NCBI GenBank assembly: GCA_002773285.1 | Contig: PFBM01000005.1 | Location: forward strand, 2,225-56,174 | Length of the DNA: 53,950 nt | Reading direction: 5' to 3' | From: Candidatus Kaiserbacteria bacterium CG10_big_fil_rev_8_21_14_0_10_59_10 | GTDB lineage: Bacteria > Patescibacteriota > Minisyncoccia > Phycocordibacterales > UBA2100 | Part shown: positions 1-8,416 of the stretch, piece by piece | Layout: each line of letters opens with the position of its first letter | How positions within the stretch are numbered: the stretch's first letter is position 1 | Made by a program: the position numbers and the translations under genes | Notes under the pieces: model-generated | Told to the model about the DNA's origin: nothing | Database searches by the model: none | What the model saw: the letters and a program-made list of their open reading frames with translations, nothing else

Positions 1-439
1 TGGTCGTCTTACCCTGCCCCACCGGACCGACCACGAGGAAGAACCCTTGGCTCTTGCGCGCAAAGGTCTCAAGCACTTCGGGAAGATTCAATTCTGCAAC
101 GGATTTGATGTCGCGGGGGATGAGGCGCAGCGCGATGCCTACCGCGCCGCGCTGGAAAAAGGCATTGCCGCGAAAGCGCATGCCGTCTTCCGTCTGGTAG
201 GCAAAATCCATCTCCTTCTCGTTCAAGAAGCGCTCGAACCGCGGCTGATCCAAGAGTTCCTTGGCGAAGCCGAGCGTGTCTTCGTTGGTGAGGACGGGCT
301 CCTTTAGCATGGGGCTTAATGAACCCGCGACGCGAATGGTCGGATGCGCACCGGTCGAGAAGTGCAAGTCCGAGCCGCCCTCGTGTATCACCACGTTGAT
401 GTATTTCTTCAGGGACGCCCCGTAGTCGATCGCAGCCAT
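1..439 (-). CDS. pilT: Type IV pilus retraction ATPase PilT-like, N-terminal part (gene continues beyond window start)
   Basis: Runs off the window edge, so it is absent from the ORF track. Reverse-complement translation from ATG 439-437 reads MAAIDYGASLKKYINVVIHEGGSDLHFSTGAHPTIRVAGSL...MRFRGNAFFQRGAVGIALRLIPRDIKS...GFFLVVGPVGQGKTT (PilT N-domain and Walker A). Confidence 0.8.
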   Translation of the reverse strand, partial: MAAIDYGASLKKYINVVIHEGGSDLHFSTGAHPTIRVAGSLSPMLKEPVLTNEDTLGFAKELLDQPRFERFLNEKEMDFAYQTEDGMRFRGNAFFQRGAVGIALRLIPRDIKSVAELNLPEVLETFARKSQGFFLVVGPVGQGKTT

Positions 440-454
440 TCCTCTATAGTACCC

Positions 455-868
455 CTAACGCTTCGAAATTTCTTCTTGTACCATGTTGACAACTTCCGAG
501 GGGATGAGGCTCGCCTTCACCACGTAACGATCCGCGCCGAGCTCCTCCGCCATTTTGCGCTCCTCTTCTTCACTCTGATTCGTAAGTGCGATGAGCCGCG
601 CGCCCTTCGCCAACTTCTCCTCTTTCAAAGTGCGCAGGAACTCAAAACCGTCTTTGTTAGGCATGAGTATGTCGAACAATATCACGTCCGGTTGCTCGCC
701 TCCGCGAAGGAGAGCGAGCGCCTCATCCACGGAGAAACACGAGTTAACCGAAAAGCCCGCCTGTGAGAACTTCTGGCTATACATATCCAAAAGGAACTGG
801 TCGTCATCCAAAAGGAGGACCGCGGGGCGTCCGGCTTGTTCCGCTTTCTTTGGGCCTGCCACACTCAT
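455..868 (-). CDS. Stand-alone CheY-like response-regulator receiver protein
   Basis: 137 aa. Receiver hallmarks: VLLLDDD, FDILMPNKDGFEFL, LIALTN, Lys in RYVVKA. No output domain. Its ATG overlaps the pilB stop as ATGA (865-868). Confidence 0.85.
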   Translation of the reverse strand: MSVAGPKKAEQAGRPAVLLLDDDQFLLDMYSQKFSQAGFSVNSCFSVDEALALLRGGEQPDVILFDILMPNKDGFEFLRTLKEEKLAKGARLIALTNQSEEEERKMAEELGADRYVVKASLIPSEVVNMVQEEISKR

Positions 869-2577
869 ACGCTTGGTGTATGTTCTTCAGCCGCCGGAGG
901 CGCCTCCCCTTCCACTTCAGTGCTCACGATAAGCGAATTGAGCGCTTCCACCTCGGAGAAGGGTACCTGCTTGGCGAACGCCTTAAGCATAGCATCCTCC
1001 TGCATGGTAAGCATGCCTTCATTGCGCGCCGTCTCCCATATGCGGGAATCCACGTGGCCGTCCAGTATGGCCTTTTCCACGCCTGTGCTCATTTCAATTA
1101 CTTCAAAGACAGCCATGCGGCCGCGCATACCCGTCGGGCACTCGGGCGTGCGCTCCGGCTCCGTCACCGTCTCGGGTATGGGGAAGCGATACTTTTCGGG
1201 CAAACTTGCGAGCTGCGCCTCGAATCGGCGGCGTGCGCTTTCTGTCAAAGGAACCTCTTTGCCCGTTCCCGGACACAACGTTCGCACAAGGCGCTGCGCC
1301 ATAGACAGATTAAGGACGGAGGGGATGAGGTACGGCTCCACGCCCATGTCGATGAGGCGCGGTATCGTACCAACCGCGTCGTTCGTGTGGATGGTAGAGA
1401 GCACGAGGTGACCCGTAAGCGCCGCCTGCACCGCGAGCTTCGCGGTTTCCGAGTCGCGTATTTCCCCAACCATGATGACGTCCGGGTCTTGGCGCAGGGT
1501 GGTGCGAAGGCCTGTCGCGAACGTGTAGCCGATCTCCGGACGTATCTGCGATTGAATGACTCCGTCCACGTAGTATTCGATCGGGTCCTCGAGGGAGATA
1601 ATGTTGCGCCGCTCTCGGTCAAGCTTGGAGAGGATCGAGTAGAGCGTTGTCGATTTACCGCTTCCCGTCGGGCCGGAAATAAGCACGAGGCCGTGCGGGC
1701 GTTTGATGGCCCGCGTGACCACCTCGTAATTCCGCTCGGTGAGCCCGATGTCCTCAAGGGGAATAAAACCGCGATCGCGGTCGAGAATACGCATCACTAT
1801 CTTTTCGCCGTATGCGGAGGGAAAGGTTGAAACGCGGAAGTCGATGTCGCGGCCATCGAAAGAGGCGGAAAAGCGCCCGTCCTGCGGTTTGCGCTGCTCG
1901 TCGAGCCGTATGGAAGAGAGCACCTTTAGGCGAGCAACCAGCGCGCGATGCGTTGCCAGCGGCAAGGTCACGCTGGTGTGGAGCTCGCCGTCAACGCGGT
2001 AGCGCACGCGCACGCCGCTCGGCATCGGCTCGATATGGACGTCGGATGCCCTGCCGTCTATCGCGTAGCGGAGGATGGTCGAGGCGATCTTTACGGTCGG
2101 CGCATCTTCCTTAATATCAAGGTTCCCCTTTTTCTTCCCCGCTTTCCCAAGCGAAGGGTCGCTGAGATCCAGTGGTGCGGCCTCGGTTTCGTCGCGCTTT
2201 TCACCCCGCTGTTCCGACTGCAGGTCCTTCACCGCCCTGTCGACATCGCCTCCCAAGCCGCTGTAGGATTCGAGCACGCGCTCGAAATCATTCTCGGAAA
2301 TGCGGAATATCTTGAACGGCGTCCCCGTCTCTCGCGTGATGAAATTGAGCGCGTCAATGCCCGCGATATTATCCGGATCCACCATGCCGACCTCAAGAAC
2401 GCCATTGGCAAGGGCGAGCGGCACCAACTTGTAGTACGCGGCAGATTCTTGCGGAATGAGGCGAAGCACCTCGTACGGAACGCTGCCCTCTCCCACTGCG
2501 CGCTCGGGGACGCCCGCATCCGGCGCTGCGGCCGGTGCGGTCGTTTGTGCAGTCGTGTCTACGTCTGTCTGCGCCAT
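865..2577 (-). CDS. pilB: Type IV pilus assembly ATPase PilB (GspE family)
   Basis: 570 aa. N-terminal GspE-N-like region, Walker A GPTGSGKSTT, Walker B VIMVGEIRD, His box LTGHLVLSTIHTN. Confidence 0.93.
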   Translation of the reverse strand: MAQTDVDTTAQTTAPAAAPDAGVPERAVGEGSVPYEVLRLIPQESAAYYKLVPLALANGVLEVGMVDPDNIAGIDALNFITRETGTPFKIFRISENDFERVLESYSGLGGDVDRAVKDLQSEQRGEKRDETEAAPLDLSDPSLGKAGKKKGNLDIKEDAPTVKIASTILRYAIDGRASDVHIEPMPSGVRVRYRVDGELHTSVTLPLATHRALVARLKVLSSIRLDEQRKPQDGRFSASFDGRDIDFRVSTFPSAYGEKIVMRILDRDRGFIPLEDIGLTERNYEVVTRAIKRPHGLVLISGPTGSGKSTTLYSILSKLDRERRNIISLEDPIEYYVDGVIQSQIRPEIGYTFATGLRTTLRQDPDVIMVGEIRDSETAKLAVQAALTGHLVLSTIHTNDAVGTIPRLIDMGVEPYLIPSVLNLSMAQRLVRTLCPGTGKEVPLTESARRRFEAQLASLPEKYRFPIPETVTEPERTPECPTGMRGRMAVFEVIEMSTGVEKAILDGHVDSRIWETARNEGMLTMQEDAMLKAFAKQVPFSEVEALNSLIVSTEVEGEAPPAAEEHTPSV

Positions 2578-2592
2578 AGCACTGTGCCGGCA

Positions 2593-2928
2593 CTACTGTG
2601 CCGCGGTGCTGGCCTCTGCATCGGTGGCGGGAAGCGGTGCGAATGGATTCTGCCGGCCGGCCGGCTCGGGCATTATCTCACTGCCGAAATCACGCAATAC
2701 TTGAAATGCGGGGTCCGAGAGTACCGTGCCGTCGAGCGATATGGAGCGCAGCTCCAAAAGACGCTCGACAACGTCCCGCTCCACTGCGCTTGAGGCAGTG
2801 GTAAAACGCTCGGTCGAAAGGAGCGAGCCATCGGAAGACGGTTTTGAGAACCCCCACCATGCTGCACCCACGATCGCAACGGCCGCGACCAGCATCAGTA
2901 GTTTATTCTGCGCAATAAATGAAAACAT
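2593..2928 (-). CDS. Small membrane-anchored protein of the pilus cluster (function unknown)
   Basis: 111 aa with an N-terminal TM helix (LLMLVAAVAIVGAAWWGF). Tightly packed between pilB and the pilO-like gene. No family recognised. Confidence 0.55.
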   Translation of the reverse strand: MFSFIAQNKLLMLVAAVAIVGAAWWGFSKPSSDGSLLSTERFTTASSAVERDVVERLLELRSISLDGTVLSDPAFQVLRDFGSEIMPEPAGRQNPFAPLPATDAEASTAAQ

Positions 2929-2933
2929 ACGCG

Positions 2934-3500
2934 TTATTTAAGCCAGTAGGTGCGGAGTGTAATGTCGTAGCGGTACATGGGTTCGGCGCCGGGTTCTGTC
3001 GATTCGCGTGAAATGGTAAGCGCAGTCAGATCCACGATGCGCAGACTGGTCTCGACATCCTCGATGAACCGTACGAAATTCTGATAGGTGCCGCGTGTCG
3101 AAAAACGCATGGTGAGCGAATCAAACGCCTGCTTTGCCTGTGCCGTGCCTATGGTTGCTCGATCCGCGCTCCGGCTCGTTGGCTCTGAAATGACGACATT
3201 TTGTATCGCGAGGCCATACTGTGCGGCGAGCGTGTCGAGATCGAGCACGAGCCGCACGTTGTCAACATGGTCCGGCAACAGCCGATGCAGCCGGTTTATG
3301 TCGAGGGGGTCGAGCGCATTGTAGCGGGAGAGAAGCATCTGCTTCAGCCGCTGCAGCTCATCGGCCTTATTGAGCGCCGCGTCGTACTGCCCCAATTCGA
3401 GGCGGAGCGCCTGCGCGCGCTCGTGCGCTGGCTTCGTATAGAGGAGGAATGCCGCCAAGGCGAGAACGAGCGAGAGTACGGCGATGATAGTTCTGAACAT
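2934..3500 (-). CDS. PilO-like pilus assembly protein
   Basis: Track ORF 2934..3647 trimmed to ATG 3500 (MFRTIIAVLSLVLALAAFLLY...), 4 nt after the upstream stop. One TM helix plus a coiled coil, then a C-terminal alpha/beta region, as in PilO. The Pro/His/Arg-rich upstream extension looks non-coding. Confidence 0.6.
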   Translation of the reverse strand: MFRTIIAVLSLVLALAAFLLYTKPAHERAQALRLELGQYDAALNKADELQRLKQMLLSRYNALDPLDINRLHRLLPDHVDNVRLVLDLDTLAAQYGLAIQNVVISEPTSRSADRATIGTAQAKQAFDSLTMRFSTRGTYQNFVRFIEDVETSLRIVDLTALTISRESTEPGAEPMYRYDITLRTYWLK

Positions 3501-3504
3501 ACGG

Positions 3505-4245
3505 CTATTGCGATGGCGGCAAGAACGGGTCGGGCGCCGCGGGGCGAGAATCCTGTTGGGGAGCGGACGCGGGTTGTGAGGCGGATGCGGGGGTGGTTTG
3601 TGAGGAAGATGCGGGAGCGCGTTGTGAGGCGGACGCGGGCGCGGCAAACTGGCCCGCGCGCACGACCTGTATGAACCGGAGCGATGCAGGATTGACGACC
3701 GCAGAGAGGTCGAACTGCACCCCCTCGGCGGTGCGCGTGATATTCGTGAAGATGGGGCTCGAGACGATACCGCTCTTCGAGAGAAGATCCGCCTGCAGCG
3801 CGATGGCGTTCACGCTGCGCGCGAGGCCGTCCATCTCCAGCGTCATGTTTTGTATTTCGTTCGCCTGAAAGTTAAGCGACGAGTAGGAAACGGTTTGCAG
3901 CGTCAGCTGCTCGAGCGCGCGGAAAAATACGGAGGGCGCGATATGGTTCCCCAGCACGATGTTGGCGGCCTGCATCCTGTCGTGCAGCCTCGTAAGTTCC
4001 TGTATGAGCGCCGGCTCGAACGCCTGCTGCGCGCGCTCGAGCTGCTCTACCTTGCTCGCCGTGTTCGCGGTCAAGTATTGCAGGTACAAGAACATGCCGA
4101 TACCGAGCCCGACCGAGCCGACGAAGATGACTATCGAGGCAAGCACGAAGAGGTCCGTCAATCCGCCGCCGCGCGCCACGCGCGGCTGCTTGATTTCCCG
4201 CACCGGCTCCGTCGGTATGAATGATGATTTTATTGGCGCTTCCAT
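3505..4245 (-). CDS. PilN-like pilus assembly protein
   Basis: 246 aa. Short cytoplasmic N-terminus, TM helix (LFVLASIVIFVGSVGLGIGMFLY), coiled coil, Ala/Ser/Pro-rich tail. Lies directly downstream of pilM. Confidence 0.6.
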   Translation of the reverse strand: MEAPIKSSFIPTEPVREIKQPRVARGGGLTDLFVLASIVIFVGSVGLGIGMFLYLQYLTANTASKVEQLERAQQAFEPALIQELTRLHDRMQAANIVLGNHIAPSVFFRALEQLTLQTVSYSSLNFQANEIQNMTLEMDGLARSVNAIALQADLLSKSGIVSSPIFTNITRTAEGVQFDLSAVVNPASLRFIQVVRAGQFAAPASASQRAPASSSQTTPASASQPASAPQQDSRPAAPDPFLPPSQ

Positions 4246-4272
4246 GACGAGTGTAAATGGCCTTTCTCGATC

Positions 4273-5415
4273 TTACCGCAGCCCGCGTATCGCAAGGCCG
4301 ACGGCGACGGAGAAACCCGGCCCTATCTCCTGCAGTACGTCCGAGAGAAAAGCCGGCGCTTCTGTTCGCTTGAACGGGTCGGCGATGGAAACCTCGGCCT
4401 GCAGCAGCTCGTTCGCATGAGCGGAGAGACCCGGTAGCGACGCGCCGCCGCCTGAAAGGAGCACGCGCGACACGCTTTTGTTGTATCGCTTCCCGTAGCT
4501 CAATAGTACCCGATTCGCTTCCGAAAACACGCGCTCGAGTGTTGATAACAATGCCGCCTTGATGCGCTCGTTCTCGTCGGTCGAGTATGCAGCGCTTTCC
4601 ACGAGCCCGCGCTCGCGCTTCACGCGCTCTGCTTTCTCGAACTCCCACCCGAGGGAGCGCCCGAGTGTTTCTGTCATGTGCTGGCCGCCCGCGGTGACGA
4701 GGTGTGTCATGCGCACGATGCCTCGCTCGACGATATACATCTTTGTCGTCGCCGCTCCGAGATCTATCACAAGAACAGGTGCGACGCCGTGCGAGAGCGC
4801 CGCTCGTATCGCGCTGAATATCTCTATTTCATAAAACCGCGTTGAGATGCTCGCGGTGGATGCGATGGTCTGGTATGCCCGCACGGTGTCGTTGCGAATG
4901 GCGACAAGAAGGACCTCCTGCCCCGTCTTTTGGATTTTCGTCTCGGGCTCTATCCTGTCGAACGCGCTCGCTTCGCCCTCATCCTCCGGAATCACAGACC
5001 AATCGAGCATCACCTCGGAAGGCGAGACGGGGATGTATTTGCGCGCCTCGATGGGTATCATCCGCTTCAACTGCTCCGGGTCCGTCTTCGGCAGATCGAG
5101 CACCATGACGAGGCTCGAGGCGAACGGGATAGAGATACCTCCGGCTTTTGCAGTGACATTCGCCTCCCGCATCAGGTCAAGAAGCGCTTCTGCCGTCTTC
5201 TCCGGCGAAAGTTTTACCGCCTTCCCCACCGCAGCATCCCCGTAGGGGCCGAGCGCGATCTCCCCGTAGGTCTCGAGTACTGCCGAACCGTGCGCGCTTT
5301 TCAGCTGCACGATCTTCGCGGAGGACGCACCGATGTCGATGCCGAGCACGCTTCCGCCTTCACTGCGAGCCGTGCCGAAGATGCGTTTCGTCAGCGTGTC
5401 GAACGACAGTGCCAT
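4273..5415 (-). CDS. pilM: Type IV pilus assembly protein PilM (actin-like ATPase)
   Basis: 380 aa. Actin-fold phosphate motifs GIDIGASSAKIV and VIDLGAATT, plus LSGGGASLPGL. Confidence 0.88.
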   Translation of the reverse strand: MALSFDTLTKRIFGTARSEGGSVLGIDIGASSAKIVQLKSAHGSAVLETYGEIALGPYGDAAVGKAVKLSPEKTAEALLDLMREANVTAKAGGISIPFASSLVMVLDLPKTDPEQLKRMIPIEARKYIPVSPSEVMLDWSVIPEDEGEASAFDRIEPETKIQKTGQEVLLVAIRNDTVRAYQTIASTASISTRFYEIEIFSAIRAALSHGVAPVLVIDLGAATTKMYIVERGIVRMTHLVTAGGQHMTETLGRSLGWEFEKAERVKRERGLVESAAYSTDENERIKAALLSTLERVFSEANRVLLSYGKRYNKSVSRVLLSGGGASLPGLSAHANELLQAEVSIADPFKRTEAPAFLSDVLQEIGPGFSVAVGLAIRGLR

Positions 5416-5487
5416 TCGCTACAGTATACCGTGCTTTCAAGCACGCACGCGTTTTCGGTGGGGAGATGAAGGGGGCGCCGCGCGCGT

Positions 5488-5823
5488 TTACGCGCGCGGC
5501 GCTTCGTCTATTTTTGCCGCAAGTATAAAATCGTTCTCGGAGAGGCCGCCTATGGCGTGCGTTGAGAGCTCGATGCCGACCTTTCCCCAGGAGATGGAGA
5601 GGTCGGGATGGTGCCCTTCCTCCTCTGCGATTGCTCCCACGCGGTTCGCGAACGCGAGCGCTTCGGCGAAGTCCTTGAATCGATACTCCTTGGTTATTTT
5701 TTTCGCGTCCGCCGAAAGCGCCCACCCGTCGAGCTTTTTCAGCAATTCCTCCGCCTGCGGCTTGAAAAGGGGCAGTGCGCCGGCTTCGCAGGGAACGCAG
5801 CGTTTTTTCGACATCTCTCCCAT
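5488..5823 (-). CDS. Pterin-4-alpha-carbinolamine dehydratase (PCD/DCoH family)
   Basis: Only the last 111 aa of track ORF 5488..6609 look coding, starting at ATG 5823. Contains CVPCEAG...LDGW...EEEGHHPDLSISWGKV, the typical PCD signature. The upstream extension is antisense to comF. Confidence 0.85.
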   Translation of the reverse strand: MGEMSKKRCVPCEAGALPLFKPQAEELLKKLDGWALSADAKKITKEYRFKDFAEALAFANRVGAIAEEEGHHPDLSISWGKVGIELSTHAIGGLSENDFILAAKIDEAPRA

Positions 5824-5859
5824 GGCGAACACTGTACCACACGCATATATAATTGAACG

Positions 5860-6531
5860 ATGAACATGCGCGCCTCGCTTTCCGCCGCCGCGGCACTCCT
5901 TGAGACAGCGCTCGACATGGTTTTGCCGCGGCGCGAGCGTTCGTTGCGCGCCGCGCGCTACGGCGCAGACGACCTTGCCCCGGAGCCCGCGATACATTTC
6001 GCGTTTGGAAGGGAAATTGCGACACTGTTCGCGTATAGACGCGGCGCCGTGGAGGATGCCATCCGCGCTCTCAAGTACGACCGCAGCGCGCCGGCGGCGA
6101 CGCTCCTTGCGGATGCGCTCGCAGGGTATCTCTTTGAGGAGCTTGCCGACCTGCGCCGCTTCTCTGCGCGCCGTACACTGCTTGTACCCGTGCCACTCCA
6201 CGGCGCGCGTGCGCGCGTGCGCGGCTACAACCAAGTCGAGTGCGTGCTGGAGCGCTTGCCTGCGGAGCTTCGAAACGGGTCGCTCTCTCGCTACGCGCCG
6301 GAGGCGCTCGCGCGCACGCGCGATACTCTTCCGCAGACCCGCCTCACCCGCGATGCACGCCTCAAAAACGTCGCCGGTGCGTTCGCGGTGCCGAGCGCGG
6401 CGCTCGTCGAAGGCGCACACATACTTCTCATAGACGACGTCACCACGACCGGCGCTACACTGCTTGAAGCCGCGCGGCCGCTCGAGCGCGCCGGCGCCAC
6501 CGTCTCCCTCTTCGCCTTGGCGCACGCATAA
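5860..6531 (+). CDS. comF: ComF-family phosphoribosyltransferase-like protein
   Basis: 223 aa with the C-terminal PRTase motif ILLIDDVTTTGATL and VPVPLH...RGYNQ, typical of ComFC/GntX. Confidence 0.8.
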   Translation: MNMRASLSAAAALLETALDMVLPRRERSLRAARYGADDLAPEPAIHFAFGREIATLFAYRRGAVEDAIRALKYDRSAPAATLLADALAGYLFEELADLRRFSARRTLLVPVPLHGARARVRGYNQVECVLERLPAELRNGSLSRYAPEALARTRDTLPQTRLTRDARLKNVAGAFAVPSAALVEGAHILLIDDVTTTGATLLEAARPLERAGATVSLFALAHA

Positions 6532-6682
6532 ACCTTGCGTTCGCGCAAAACGAACCTCGCGTACCTGCACGGGGGCACCCCGCCTGTAACCCCTTTCTTG
6601 CCTGTACATACTCTCGGCAGTTAACGCCTACTTATTGCCAAATAGCGAGCGCATACGAGTGCACAGTAGCCACCCTTCAGAA

Positions 6683-6726
6683 CATATACTCCTCCCATGT
6701 CCGGCCGGACATGGGAGGAGTATATG
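6683..6726. terminator. 44-nt perfect palindrome (20-bp stem hairpin) followed by GCGGTTTTCG
   Basis: CATATACTCCTCCCATGTCCGG|CCGGACATGGGAGGAGTATATG read directly. A short T-tract follows on the plus strand. Confidence 0.5.
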
Positions 6727-6955
6727 CGGTTTTCGCAAGCATAGTGGCTCACACGGGTAATGCGGTGCATGAGATAAATGCCGACTGTCATGCATGAGCT
6801 CGTGCGCACTGACGTACACCGCGGCGAGCACGCAATCGAGCACGGAGACAACTGTCATGCCAACAGGGCACCGCCAGGGCATGGAGATATCGTCTGTTTG
6901 TGGTATTTTTTAACCTCTAGAAGCTAGTACCCTAGCAGCTAGAAGCTACATGAAA

Positions 6956-7044
<89 letters not shown>

Positions 7045-7055
7045 AGATGTCCAAG

Positions 7056-7078
7056 AGAACGCGAAGCGTTCTATTTGG
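7056..7078 (+). terminator. Hairpin AGAACGC-GAA-GCGTTCT plus ATTT downstream of tRNA-Ser
   Basis: 7-bp stem read directly, 12 nt after the tRNA 3' end. Confidence 0.4.
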
Positions 7079-7202
7079 AACAGCTTCGAGTATGGGGAGG
7101 GATTCGAAGGCGAGCGCCGGGGTCCCCGCGAGCACGCAGGGCGGCGCGAGCAGGGCCGAGAGGAGTTTTGATTCGACGGGGTCAAAACGAGCTCTTCGCC
7201 GC

Positions 7203-7217
7203 ATCCCTCCCTCTCCG
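7203..7217 (+). repeat. 15-nt direct copy of the tRNA-Ser 3' end (ATCCCTCCCTCTCCG)
   Basis: Identical to 7029-7043. An inverted 14-nt copy (GGGAGGGATTCGAA) lies at 7095-7108. Confidence 0.8.
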
Positions 7218-7285
7218 AAGTAGATATTCGAAGCCGATTCTTTCTTTTTTACCGGACGAGCGGGTATACTCGACCTTGAGGCCGT

Positions 7286-8416
7286 ATGTCTTCAAAAATG
7301 CTTCTCGTAGCCGCTCTCCTTGTGCTTGGCGCGGTCGTGCTCTTATTCCTTGCCGGACGTACTCCTGAGCCGACCCGTGCGCTACCCGCATTTAATGGCG
7401 GCACGGCATCCACCGAGAACGAAACGCCTGTCCCGGACGTCGAGGTAATCGCCGACAACCTCGAGATACCGTGGGATGTGGCGTTTTTACCCGAGGGGGG
7501 CTACCTCGTCACCGAACGCGCAGGGCGCCTCATCCACATTGCGGCAGATGGCAGCCGCCGGGCGCTGCCTATCGAGGGCGTTCGGACGGGCGGCGAAGGA
7601 GGCCTTCTCGGCATCGCCCTTCACCCTGCGTTCGCAGATAACCGGCTCCTGTACCTATACCTCACCGCGACCGCACCGAGCGGCACGGTAAACCGCGTGG
7701 AGCGTTTCCGATTTGAAAGCGGCACGCTCTCCGACCGCACCGTCATAATCGACGACATACCCGGCGCCTCCTACCACGACGGCGGCCGTATAGCGTTCGG
7801 GCCCGACCAGCATCTGTACATCACCACGGGCGACGCGGGAAGACGCACGCTCTCCCAAGAGCGGAACTCACTTGCAGGAAAGATACTGCGCGTCAGAGCC
7901 GACGGCGGCGTCGCGCCCGGCAATCCATACGGTACGGCGGTGTACTCCTGGGGGCATCGCAACCCCCAAGGACTCGCGTGGGATGAAGCTGGGCGGCTCT
8001 GGAGCACCGAGCACGGCCGCTCCGGCGCCCTTTCCGGCTTCGACGAAATAAACCTTATCGAGCGCGGCGCGAATTACGGCTGGCCGGAGATAGAGGGAGA
8101 TGAGAGGCGCGCGGGCATGCGCGCGCCCATCCTTCACTCGGGCGCGCGCACCACGTGGGCTCCCGCCTCCGCGGCAATACTCGGCAATTCGCTCTTCTTC
8201 GGAGGCCTGCGCGGCGAGACACTCTACGAAGCCGTTTTGGAGGGCGAGCGGGTCGTCGAGCTGCGCGAGCACTTTGCGGGCTCGTTCGGGCGCATCCGCA
8301 CCGTACGCGTCGGCCCGGATGGATTTCTCTACATCACCACCTCGAACCTCGACGGGCGCGGGACGCCGCGCGCGGGCGACGACAAGCTGATGCGCATCAA
8401 TCCCGCGTCGCTCTAA
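7286..8416 (+). CDS. PQQ-dependent (soluble glucose/sorbosone-type) sugar dehydrogenase
   Basis: 376 aa. N-terminal anchor or signal, then beta-propeller motifs: PWDVAFLP, GLLGIALHP, HDGGRIAFGPD, WSWGHRNPQGLAWD, GWPEIEG. Confidence 0.8.
   Translation: MSSKMLLVAALLVLGAVVLLFLAGRTPEPTRALPAFNGGTASTENETPVPDVEVIADNLEIPWDVAFLPEGGYLVTERAGRLIHIAADGSRRALPIEGVRTGGEGGLLGIALHPAFADNRLLYLYLTATAPSGTVNRVERFRFESGTLSDRTVIIDDIPGASYHDGGRIAFGPDQHLYITTGDAGRRTLSQERNSLAGKILRVRADGGVAPGNPYGTAVYSWGHRNPQGLAWDEAGRLWSTEHGRSGALSGFDEINLIERGANYGWPEIEGDERRAGMRAPILHSGARTTWAPASAAILGNSLFFGGLRGETLYEAVLEGERVVELREHFAGSFGRIRTVRVGPDGFLYITTSNLDGRGTPRAGDDKLMRINPASL

Noticed and set aside
5824-6609. N-terminal 262-aa extension of the PCD ORF (track ORF 5488..6609).
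   Set aside because: The extension is Arg-rich junk lying antisense to comF. The PCD homology starts at ATG 5823, which has its own -10 hexamer 7 nt upstream.
6628-6882. 84-aa minus-strand ORF containing HELMH (an HExxH zinc-protease motif).
   Set aside because: It is Cys/His/Pro/Leu-rich with no surrounding protease context, and it runs straight through the 44-nt palindrome. The motif is probably there by chance.
6914-6949. CTAG-rich direct repeat CTAGAAGCTA x2 upstream of tRNA-Ser, sharing an 11-mer with 47969-47990.
   Set aside because: The second locus is the coding 3' end of rplV (SKLEARN). An 11-mer match in 54 kb is expected by chance. It may simply be tRNA promoter sequence.
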